IMG/VR virus record: IMGVR_UViG_3300020274_000001
Location: 76,337-140,336 of that record
Source: a virus
Length of the DNA stretch: 64,000 bases
Strand: one strand, 5' to 3'
Position numbers and translations under genes: made by a program. The first letter of the stretch is position 1. Each line of letters starts with the position of its first letter. The notes under the pieces are model-generated. The model ran no database searches and was not told where the DNA came from. It saw nothing but the letters and a program-made list of their open reading frames with translations. Shown in pieces: positions 8,803-15,298 of this stretch.

Positions 8803-8943
8803 ATGCCTAATTCACAAAAAGGTAGAGAGGCCATACTGGGCCTTAATAATTTGAGAGAGAACAATAGACTACTCCGAATTCAAAATAGAATGATACAGAC
8901 TCTTATTGACGAGATTAGAGATATCAGAAGAAGAGGCTTGTGA
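8803..8943 (+). CDS. 46-aa protein missing from the ORF track
   Basis: MPNSQKGREAILGLNNLREN...RRRGL*, bounded by hairpin-ATA-G-ATG and a gene-end hairpin. Confidence 0.7.
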   Translation: MPNSQKGREAILGLNNLRENNRLLRIQNRMIQTLIDEIRDIRRRGL

Positions 8944-8952
8944 TGCCTCATA

Positions 8953-8994
8953 GAGCAAAACACAGGGCATGAATTGCAGGGGAACGGTATGCTC
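8953..8994 (+). ncRNA. Dual-spacer stem-loop unit (x1)
   Basis: GAGC-AAAACA-[CAGGGCAT]-GAATTGCA-[GGGGAACG]-GTAT-GCTC-ACA. Confidence 0.8.
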
Positions 8995-8998
8995 ACAG

Positions 8999-9367
8999 AT
9001 GGAAGTATCATTTGATACAGATTACGGCCTACAATGGTTTAGAGCCGAAGCGTCTGCTCTCTCTTACGAGAAGCGACGACATCTATACGACAAAATCTCT
9101 CGATGGGAGTATATGGCCAAGAACGGTCCTCAAGGTTGGGCTCACGCCCAAGGCGAGGCCGCAAGAGAGTTGAGCCGTCGTCCTTTAACGGGACACATGA
9201 GAGAATTGTTAATTGAAATCAAAGGAATAGCATGGGTCGAAGAAACCGACTATGCGCACCTAAGAAAAAAACAAAAGGAAGAAAGAGAAAGGTTAGAACG
9301 CAAACAGAAACAGGAAGCCTACTTCGCTAAACTTGATTCTGCGCTTGACGACCTTTTGAAAGAGTAA
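8999..9367 (+). CDS. Hypothetical protein with C-terminal coiled coil
   Basis: Start after ACA-G. Confidence 0.75.
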   Translation: MEVSFDTDYGLQWFRAEASALSYEKRRHLYDKISRWEYMAKNGPQGWAHAQGEAARELSRRPLTGHMRELLIEIKGIAWVEETDYAHLRKKQKEERERLERKQKQEAYFAKLDSALDDLLKE

Positions 9368-9385
9368 GGAGGAATACCTCCATAG

Positions 9386-9967
9386 ATGGTGAAAAACACC
9401 TTCAAAATTGTGGCTGTCGTCAAAGAGGAAAACAAGCAATTGATTTGGGACCTCTTACAAATTGCACTAAAGCATGACGACATCTATTTTGCATTTGAGG
9501 AAGGCAAGCCCTCCGAAATAATGCATAAACCAGCCGACATCAAAAAACTGTCGAAAAAGAAGAAGAAACCGGAGAAACCTACTCTATCAAGAAAGGAAGT
9601 ATCCAAGTTGACCAAAGAAAGCATGAAGAAACTCAAAGCAGAGAAACGTGTTTTCACTGGAGCAGTATTCGGTTGGGATAATCAAAAAGATGGCACAATG
9701 AAGCCAAACTGGAAAGAACAAGAAACCATAGACATGATGCGATACTTTTACTACGAAAAGAAGCAATCATTCTCTTTTATTGCGAAGTGGCTCAATGCCA
9801 ACGACGTAAAGGGAAAGCGTGGTGGAAAGTGGCAAAGTTCGGGAGTATCAAGAGTCGTTCACAACGACTTCCATGCTTCTCGAAATGACTTCAAGAAACC
9901 TAAGTGGTTTTTGAAGAAGACCTATCCAGAAATGACATGGGGTAAGAACCCAAAAATCGTCTCGTAA
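9386..9967 (+). CDS. Protein with a serine-recombinase-type DNA-binding (Recombinase) domain and no catalytic domain
   Basis: GAVFGW...MKPNWKEQE...SFSFIAKWLN...GGKWQSSGVSRVVHN. Confidence 0.7.
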   Translation: MVKNTFKIVAVVKEENKQLIWDLLQIALKHDDIYFAFEEGKPSEIMHKPADIKKLSKKKKKPEKPTLSRKEVSKLTKESMKKLKAEKRVFTGAVFGWDNQKDGTMKPNWKEQETIDMMRYFYYEKKQSFSFIAKWLNANDVKGKRGGKWQSSGVSRVVHNDFHASRNDFKKPKWFLKKTYPEMTWGKNPKIVS

Positions 9968-9975
9968 GGGACATA

Positions 9976-10066
9976 GAGCAAAACAAGTCGTGGGTATTGC
10001 ACATATTCCATGTATGCTCATAGAACTGAATCAATAAGGTTGTATTGCAATTGGCCAAAAAGGTTC
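9976..10066 (+). ncRNA. Dual-spacer stem-loop units (x2)
   Basis: GAGC unit [AGTCGTGG]/[CATATTCCAT]; GAACT/GGTTC unit [ATAAGGTT]/[ATTGGCCA]. Confidence 0.8.
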
Positions 10067-10070
10067 ACAG

Positions 10071-10298
10071 ATGGATGTTAAAGAACTACATCAATATGTC
10101 TCGCAACTGCGAGAATACATTGTGACGCTTGAGCGTCGCATTGCTACACTTGAAAAACAAGTGAATCCGCCACAGACCAAGGACCTTGGTAACGGGCGGA
10201 GAACGTTCACACGTTCAGGTATCAACAACCTGCTCGACGGAATGATTGGGAGGCACCGAAAGGACCCCGTCACCGGAGAGTGGCACAAAGTGAATTAG
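10071..10298 (+). CDS. Small coiled-coil protein
   Basis: 75-aa ORF after ACA-G. Confidence 0.75.
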   Translation: MDVKELHQYVSQLREYIVTLERRIATLEKQVNPPQTKDLGNGRRTFTRSGINNLLDGMIGRHRKDPVTGEWHKVN

Positions 10299-10312
10299 GC
10301 CAATAGGCCATA

Positions 10313-10356
10313 GAACCTAAACACAAGAAGGGAATTACATGAGCCCCGAATGGTTC
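10313..10356 (+). ncRNA. Dual-spacer stem-loop unit (x1)
   Basis: GAACC-TAAACA-[CAAGAAGG]-GAATTACA-[TGAGCCCC]-GAAT-GGTTC-ACA. Confidence 0.8.
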
Positions 10357-10360
10357 ACAG

Positions 10361-10876
10361 ATGTCTGTAAAAGAATACGTGCAGATACGTGCTGACCAAT
10401 ACAAACAGCATGACAACGTCTGGGGGGATTTACCCCGAGATGCGCCAATTAGATTGGCTGATATCTTTGAATGGATATTACAGAATGGACAAACCTTTAG
10501 CGGGACCAATATGGATGCCGCTGATGAAATTGTCGAGCATTCTTTTCGTGCACCAGAAATAAAGGCGTGCTACCATAATGCGTTTTTAGTCCCCCCAGAA
10601 GTAAGATACTTCGAGGGATGGTGGGCAGGAATTATTCCTGTCGAACATGCGTGGAATGTCGTAGACGACAAAGTCGCTGATGTAACGCTCACTATTGAGC
10701 AACATCGTGAACGAGCGTTGAGAGACAGACAAGAATACTTTGGAATTGAAATTCCAAGGGATTGGATGTGGAAGCAAGTAAGTAAAGGAACACACTTTAG
10801 GCCAGAAGGCTCGAGTGGTCCTTTCATCTACGACTACGTTATGGAGCAAATCGCAAAAGAACGAGAAGAGGAATAA
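10361..10876 (+). CDS. Papain/transglutaminase-like fold protein
   Basis: Cys-His-Asp pattern: KACYHNA...YFEG...EHAWNV...VADVT. Confidence 0.6.
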   Translation: MSVKEYVQIRADQYKQHDNVWGDLPRDAPIRLADIFEWILQNGQTFSGTNMDAADEIVEHSFRAPEIKACYHNAFLVPPEVRYFEGWWAGIIPVEHAWNVVDDKVADVTLTIEQHRERALRDRQEYFGIEIPRDWMWKQVSKGTHFRPEGSSGPFIYDYVMEQIAKEREEE

Positions 10877-10885
10877 TTCCTCATA

Positions 10886-10974
10886 GAGCAAAACATGATA
10901 CCAGCATTACAGCCAATCCGAATGCTCATAGAACCGAATCAAGTTTCACGTATGGCAAGTTCGTCGTATGGTTC
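10886..10974 (+). ncRNA. Dual-spacer stem-loop units (x2)
   Basis: [TGATACCA]/[GCCAATCC] and [AGTTTCAC]/[AGTTCGTC]. Confidence 0.8.
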
Positions 10975-10978
10975 ACAG

Positions 10979-11395
10979 ATGGCATTAACATGTCCAGATT
11001 GCGGTCAAGAGACCGCTTATGTGCGTGTCGGCATTTACGTCGACCCACATGACACAAGTGTCGAGGCCCTGTCTGAACAGGTCAGCGACATCATAGGCAC
11101 AGGACCGGAAGACTTCGACGACGAACTTCCTACGGTCTGTGCAGAGTGCGAATGCCAAGTCCCATACAGACTTGCATTTGCCGCCACTGTAAGAAAGCAG
11201 GCTCACAAGAATGACGAAGAAGCGGCAATGGCTTACCGTCATGCGCTTGCTGGAGTTGTCCATTTCTTTGGACGCCTACCAATCGCCGAAAATGAGGCTT
11301 GGACAGAGGACCAGCATGAAGCCTATGAAGCAACACACCGTTTGTTCGCTGTTCTTGATGAACCCGAACAAGACGAAACCTCGGAAGAGGAATGA
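10979..11395 (+). CDS. Zinc-ribbon-containing protein
   Basis: CPDCG...CAEC; start after ACA-G. Confidence 0.75.
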   Translation: MALTCPDCGQETAYVRVGIYVDPHDTSVEALSEQVSDIIGTGPEDFDDELPTVCAECECQVPYRLAFAATVRKQAHKNDEEAAMAYRHALAGVVHFFGRLPIAENEAWTEDQHEAYEATHRLFAVLDEPEQDETSEEE

Positions 11396-11412
11396 CGGCC
11401 TTACGGCCATAG

Positions 11413-11574
11413 ATGGCATGGAAAGATGACATTTGGAGATTGGCTAATCAGTTAAATCTCGAGTATAAGCGTGATATGTGGTCTCCCGTTCACGCTTTTA
11501 ATGCAATCGTAGCAGAACTTGAACGTCTTCGTGATGAAGACCTTTCAGACTGTTACATTACACCCGATAGTTAA
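11413..11574 (+). CDS. 53-aa protein missing from the ORF track
   Basis: MAWKDDIWRLANQLNLEYKRD...ITPDS*, flanked by hairpin-ATAG junctions. Confidence 0.7.
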   Translation: MAWKDDIWRLANQLNLEYKRDMWSPVHAFNAIVAELERLRDEDLSDCYITPDS

Positions 11575-11596
11575 TCGGTCGGCCCTGCGGCCATAG

Positions 11597-12238
11597 ATGA
11601 AGACAAACATCAACATCCAACTCGAAGGCGAAGAAGCCCTCGAGGTTATACGGGCTTTGCTTGGAAACCCAAGTAAGTCTGTCAAGGTAGAAGTTCTACC
11701 AGACGATACACAAACGACAGAAAGTCGTAAAATGACAGAAGAACCAGACAACACTCGACATTGCACAAGATGTGGAGTGAAATTAGAATCTTCTGTAAAT
11801 ATCAAAACAGGTAGATTTATTCGAAGAGAATTTGTCTGCAATGGTTGTTATTCTGGAAGCAGAAAGGGCAAGAAGGTGAACCGAACAGGTTCCAATCACT
11901 GTCGTAAATGCGGAGTAGAATTGACAACAGATAATTGGCAGAGTAAACGAAGTTATATCTGCACATCTTGTAAAGTCAAAAAATCGGATGACCACGTTAC
12001 TATCACGGCTGAACAGCGAACCCAGTGGGCTCGTGAACGTCGTGAAATCATAGGCGGCAAAATCACACAAGTAGGAACCTTCCAAGGTGCGCTCATCGTA
12101 GAGCATATCCGAGGAACACACTACAAGATACAACTCCCAAGCGGAGCAGTGATTGACGCCAAGCACAAGAAGCAGAAGACCCTTGGTGGGGACGAACTCG
12201 GTGCTGGTTGGAGTAAGTGGGAGAAACGGTCTGGATAG
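11597..12238 (+). CDS. Protein with two C4 zinc fingers
   Basis: HCTRCG..VCNGC and HCRKCG..ICTSC. Confidence 0.75.
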   Translation: MKTNINIQLEGEEALEVIRALLGNPSKSVKVEVLPDDTQTTESRKMTEEPDNTRHCTRCGVKLESSVNIKTGRFIRREFVCNGCYSGSRKGKKVNRTGSNHCRKCGVELTTDNWQSKRSYICTSCKVKKSDDHVTITAEQRTQWARERREIIGGKITQVGTFQGALIVEHIRGTHYKIQLPSGAVIDAKHKKQKTLGGDELGAGWSKWEKRSG

Positions 12239-12244
12239 ACCATA

Positions 12245-12332
12245 GAGCAAACAAGCCATCCGAAATATACAAAATGTGAAGGCTCATAGAACCCAATCAA
12301 GTGATTTGAAATACAGGAAATTTGAATGGTTC
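12245..12332 (+). ncRNA. Dual-spacer stem-loop units (x2)
   Basis: [AGCCATCC]/[CAAAATGT] and [AGTGATTT]/[GGAAATTT]. Confidence 0.8.
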
Positions 12333-12337
12333 ACAGA

Positions 12338-12997
12338 ATGCCTAATTGGGCTTACAACAATATGACCGTTGAGTCAGACGGAAGCGAAACAGGTGATGAA
12401 CAATTGCGCTGTTTCGTTAATGTCGCTATCACTGAAGATAGCGAATTGACTTTTAGCGGTCACTTACCTATGCCGAAAGAACTCGACATAGGCAATGCTC
12501 CCTTTGCTGGAATAAAGGATGATGAATCTCTGCTCGAGGCGTTAGCCAAGATAGAGAATCCAGAAACGCCGGAGTTTACAAAGGGGAACTTACTAAAACA
12601 AATCAAGATGTATCAGAACAAGAAAGAATTCGGATACTCTTCTTGGTATGACTGGAACTGTGCCAAGTGGGGGACAAAGTGGGATGCTTCGCAATCCAAT
12701 GTCTCCTCTTTCGGAAATAGTGTTCAAATCAGTTTCAATACTGCTTGGGACCTACCGAGAGGTTGGCTTTTTCATATAATGAACTTAGCAGAATGCTCAC
12801 ACCTGCGAATACGCCTTGTGTGTGAAGCAGAAGGTGAAGCAGTTATACTGGACTCCAATGGAAAGGAAGTCCCGTATGAAGAAAATGTAGACGGACAATG
12901 GTTTCACCATGCCGAATATGTTGAGAAAGAGCCTAATGGTAAAATCAGTCATTACAATAAAACCGCCGAACAACGGTGGAAAGACGGAGAATTTTAA
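12338..12997 (+). CDS. DUF1281/YubB ferredoxin-like family protein
   Basis: MPNWAYN...WYDWNCAKWGTKWD...FNTAW signature. Confidence 0.75.
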   Translation: MPNWAYNNMTVESDGSETGDEQLRCFVNVAITEDSELTFSGHLPMPKELDIGNAPFAGIKDDESLLEALAKIENPETPEFTKGNLLKQIKMYQNKKEFGYSSWYDWNCAKWGTKWDASQSNVSSFGNSVQISFNTAWDLPRGWLFHIMNLAECSHLRIRLVCEAEGEAVILDSNGKEVPYEENVDGQWFHHAEYVEKEPNGKISHYNKTAEQRWKDGEF

Positions 12998-13005
12998 TCT
13001 CCATA

Positions 13006-13094
13006 GAGCGAATCATTCAGCCTGTATTGCACAGCCTAAGAACGCTCATAGAACCGAACCATCATTGAGGAATTACAAAACACCAGAATGGTTC
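13006..13094 (+). ncRNA. Dual-spacer stem-loop units (x2)
   Basis: [TTCAGCCT]/[CAGCCTAA] and [TCATTGAG]/[AAACACCA]. Confidence 0.8.
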
Positions 13095-13098
13095 ACAG

Positions 13099-13479
13099 AT
13101 GTCAGAAATTATTCATGACAGCCACGTTGAGTTAGAGAGTCTATCTCGACGATACATTGAGGAGCAAAGAGCCCTCAAGCAAGCGAAGGATTCAGTAGAA
13201 TCCATCAAAAAGGATATACAGAAAATCCTTGGGAGTTCACGTTTTGTGGAAACCCAGCACTTCACCGTAGAGGTGAAGGAAGTGGAACAGAAGAGAATGA
13301 TGAGTAAAGACGATTTTATTCGCAAACATTCTCCACCAATGAAGGATTCACAAGGCAACGTCATGCTGAATCCAGACAACGAACCAATCCTTGACACTGC
13401 TGTTGGAGCGAAATTCTACAACGAACATCTTGTAGAGCGTCCTTCCAACAGATTCTATGTGAAGAAAAAACCGGTCTGA
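13099..13479 (+). CDS. Hypothetical protein (coiled coil plus beta hairpin)
   Basis: 126-aa ORF; resembles 14449-14832. Confidence 0.75.
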   Translation: MSEIIHDSHVELESLSRRYIEEQRALKQAKDSVESIKKDIQKILGSSRFVETQHFTVEVKEVEQKRMMSKDDFIRKHSPPMKDSQGNVMLNPDNEPILDTAVGAKFYNEHLVERPSNRFYVKKKPV

Positions 13480-13489
13480 AAGGACCATA

Positions 13490-13579
13490 GAGCAAAAACA
13501 TCGTCTCTGAAATGCACAAGAAAGGAATGCTCATAGAACCAAATCAAGCATGCTGAATTGCAGGTGATTCGTAAGGTTC
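13490..13579 (+). ncRNA. Dual-spacer stem-loop units (x2)
   Basis: [TCGTCTCT]/[CAAGAAAG] and [AGCATGCT]/[GGTGATTC]. Confidence 0.8.
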
Positions 13580-13585
13580 ACAGAA

Positions 13586-14233
13586 ATGCGTTATTTCAAA
13601 AATTATGACGACGCTTGGAGTTATCTCCAAAGAGGTCGAAACATCGAGAAGGGGAGACCTATCGGTGCGCACACCAGAATTTACAAACGTAAAGATGGAA
13701 CAATAGCAATCAGATATCACAGCACTGATATTGTTCGCTATTACAAGCATAAGAACGGAAAGCAATGGATGTCATTTGACAACGAGGGATGGACCTCCAC
13801 GACAACATTGCAAAGACTGCATTACGTCATGCCCAATGGCATAGGCGTCGATACGAGTCTAAACCGATTCATAGGACAGTGGTTTACCAGATGTAACGGT
13901 GAATTATACAACCTAAACCATCACGTAAAATTCGATGAAAATCTTAACGTAAAAAACAAGAAACAGATGTCTCTGAAAACGATGGACAATATCAGTGATG
14001 CTGGGACAAGAATAAGAAAATTGTTAGCATCATCATTGAGTTCAATTGAAAGAGATGTTTCAAAGAAGAGGCAAGAAAATGCCGAACTCTCCTACGAGAG
14101 AATTCAACTTCGTGGCGAAATAATGGCTTTCGAAGAAATGAGAGAAACACTTCGTGGAGAAGTAGGATACTTGTTGAAACTAAAGAAGGGCGACACCGAT
14201 AATGGTGCAAAAGACGTCCTCAACAGGGTGTAA
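13586..14233 (+). CDS. Hypothetical protein with C-terminal coiled coil
   Basis: 215-aa ORF after ACA-GAA. Confidence 0.75.
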   Translation: MRYFKNYDDAWSYLQRGRNIEKGRPIGAHTRIYKRKDGTIAIRYHSTDIVRYYKHKNGKQWMSFDNEGWTSTTTLQRLHYVMPNGIGVDTSLNRFIGQWFTRCNGELYNLNHHVKFDENLNVKNKKQMSLKTMDNISDAGTRIRKLLASSLSSIERDVSKKRQENAELSYERIQLRGEIMAFEEMRETLRGEVGYLLKLKKGDTDNGAKDVLNRV

Positions 14234-14241
14234 TGCCCATA

Positions 14242-14444
14242 GAGCGAAACATCGAACCCGAATTACATTGAACCCGTAATTCGCTCATAGAGCGATAGGT
14301 CATAGGACTAAACCATAACAAAAGAAATACAAGAGGTCTGAAAAGTCCATAGAGCAAACAACAACGAAGAACTGTATACAATTAGAATGCTCATAGAACC
14401 GAACCACACCAAATATGCCGAATTACAGGGTGGCAGAATGGTTC
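14242..14444 (+). ncRNA. Dual-spacer stem-loop units (x4, plus one empty mini-hairpin)
   Basis: [TCGAACCC]/[TTGAACCC]; GGACT/AGTCC unit [TAACAAAA]/[AGAGGTCT]; [ACAACGAA]/[TACAATTA]; [(CACCA)AATATGCC]/[GGGTGGCA]. Confidence 0.8.
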
Positions 14445-14448
14445 ACAG

Positions 14449-14832
14449 ATGTCAGACGACATACAATACGTCATGGCCAGAATTAAGGCCATGGAAGATG
14501 TGAGAAAGAATCTCGCATCTGCGATAAAGAAAGACAAAGAATATGTCAGAGAAACAATGGGTGAAAGGGAAGTCTTGGAGACCCCAGCCTTCACTGCAAA
14601 GATTGTTACTCGGACTTCAACACGATTGTTGGGGATAGAACATATTCGTAACCTATTAGGGTCGACAACCGTGGATAAAATCACGAAGACGTCGGAATCT
14701 AAGTCGCTGTCAATCAAAGAAACGTTGGCTAATTTTGAACCGTTCGAAGTCGAAGACCTCGAATTAGTTCCAGATTGGGCCAAGTCTGCCGCTATTACGC
14801 TACAAGTGAGGGAATTACTTGGCGAGAATTAG
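14449..14832 (+). CDS. Hypothetical protein
   Basis: 127-aa ORF after ACA-G; resembles 13099-13479. Confidence 0.75.
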   Translation: MSDDIQYVMARIKAMEDVRKNLASAIKKDKEYVRETMGEREVLETPAFTAKIVTRTSTRLLGIEHIRNLLGSTTVDKITKTSESKSLSIKETLANFEPFEVEDLELVPDWAKSAAITLQVRELLGEN

Positions 14833-15091
14833 GCGAGCATCGGACAGATATCATACTCAAATCGAAACGATATTGAGAGAAAAAGGTCCGCTTGTTGCTT
14901 ATGACATCCGTCAAGCAATGGTTGGGCGTTGGAAAAACGTCCCTACTCCGAATCAACTCGGAAACCTATTAGCGAAAAACAAGAACATTAAATCATTAGG
15001 ACCGGGACACAAAAAATCGTTCTCGGCTCTACTCGATGGTTCTGGCACAGGAGGTGTAAACCTCTGGGCTTTGGTTGAACAAGGGGATTGA
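14819..15091 (+). CDS. Small winged-helix-like DNA-binding protein
   Basis: GPLVAYDIRQAM...PTPNQLGNLL; TTG start with GTGAGG upstream. Confidence 0.6.
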   Translation: MARIRRASDRYHTQIETILREKGPLVAYDIRQAMVGRWKNVPTPNQLGNLLAKNKNIKSLGPGHKKSFSALLDGSGTGGVNLWALVEQGD

Positions 15092-15098
15092 CCCCATA

Positions 15099-15234
15099 GA
15101 GCAAAACAGGCACGGTGAAATACATAGGACACGTATGCTCATAGAACCAAAACACTTTGTCGGTATTGCATACTTGTAGTGTGGTTCACAGAATCGAATC
15201 AAGTATACAGTATTGTAGAACAAAAGAATGATTT
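15099..15234 (+). ncRNA. Dual-spacer stem-loop units (x3)
   Basis: [GGCACGGT]/[TAGGACAC]; [CTTTGTCG]/[TACTTGTA]; GAATC/GATTT unit [AGTATACA]/[GAACAAAA]. Confidence 0.8.
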
Positions 15235-15237
15235 ATT

Positions 15238-15282
15238 GAGAGAGAAGTAGACAGAAATGTCCACTTCTCTCTCTTTTTTTTT
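15238..15282 (+). terminator. Hairpin plus T-tract terminator closing the early array
   Basis: GAGAGAGAAGT...ACTTCTCTCTC followed by T9, between convergent gene blocks. Confidence 0.75.
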
Positions 15283-15298
15283 GGCTCAAAAAATCACA

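Noticed and set aside
9386-9967. Functional serine integrase marking a mobile element
   Set aside because: The catalytic domain is missing and no att-like boundaries were seen
3335-12337. ORF-track starts at 3335, 4341, 7286, 7444, 8969, 10895 and 12326
   Set aside because: They begin inside or upstream of RNA units; the consistent ACA-G(A)-ATG starts downstream are more plausible
88-15098. Gene-end hairpins as intrinsic terminators
   Set aside because: The stems are short, lack U-tracts and are followed directly by ATAG and the next start
2921-15234. CRISPR array
   Set aside because: No 25-45 nt identical repeats with 30-40 nt spacers; the variable parts are paired 8-mers, the units are dispersed, and no cas genes are seen
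2921-15234. Spliceosomal introns or splice acceptors (CAG|ATG, TAG|ATG)
   Set aside because: Prokaryotic gene organisation; ORFs are complete with their own stops; no GT donors or polypyrimidine tracts; the AG arises from stem-ANA-G
2921-15234. Canonical integron attC sites
   Set aside because: No RYYYAAC/GTTRRRY boxes, no extended bottom-strand hairpin and no integron integrase
2921-15234. Canonical C/D box sRNAs
   Set aside because: RUGAUGA and CUGA boxes are absent, and the spacers are shorter than the roughly 12 nt typical of archaeal guides
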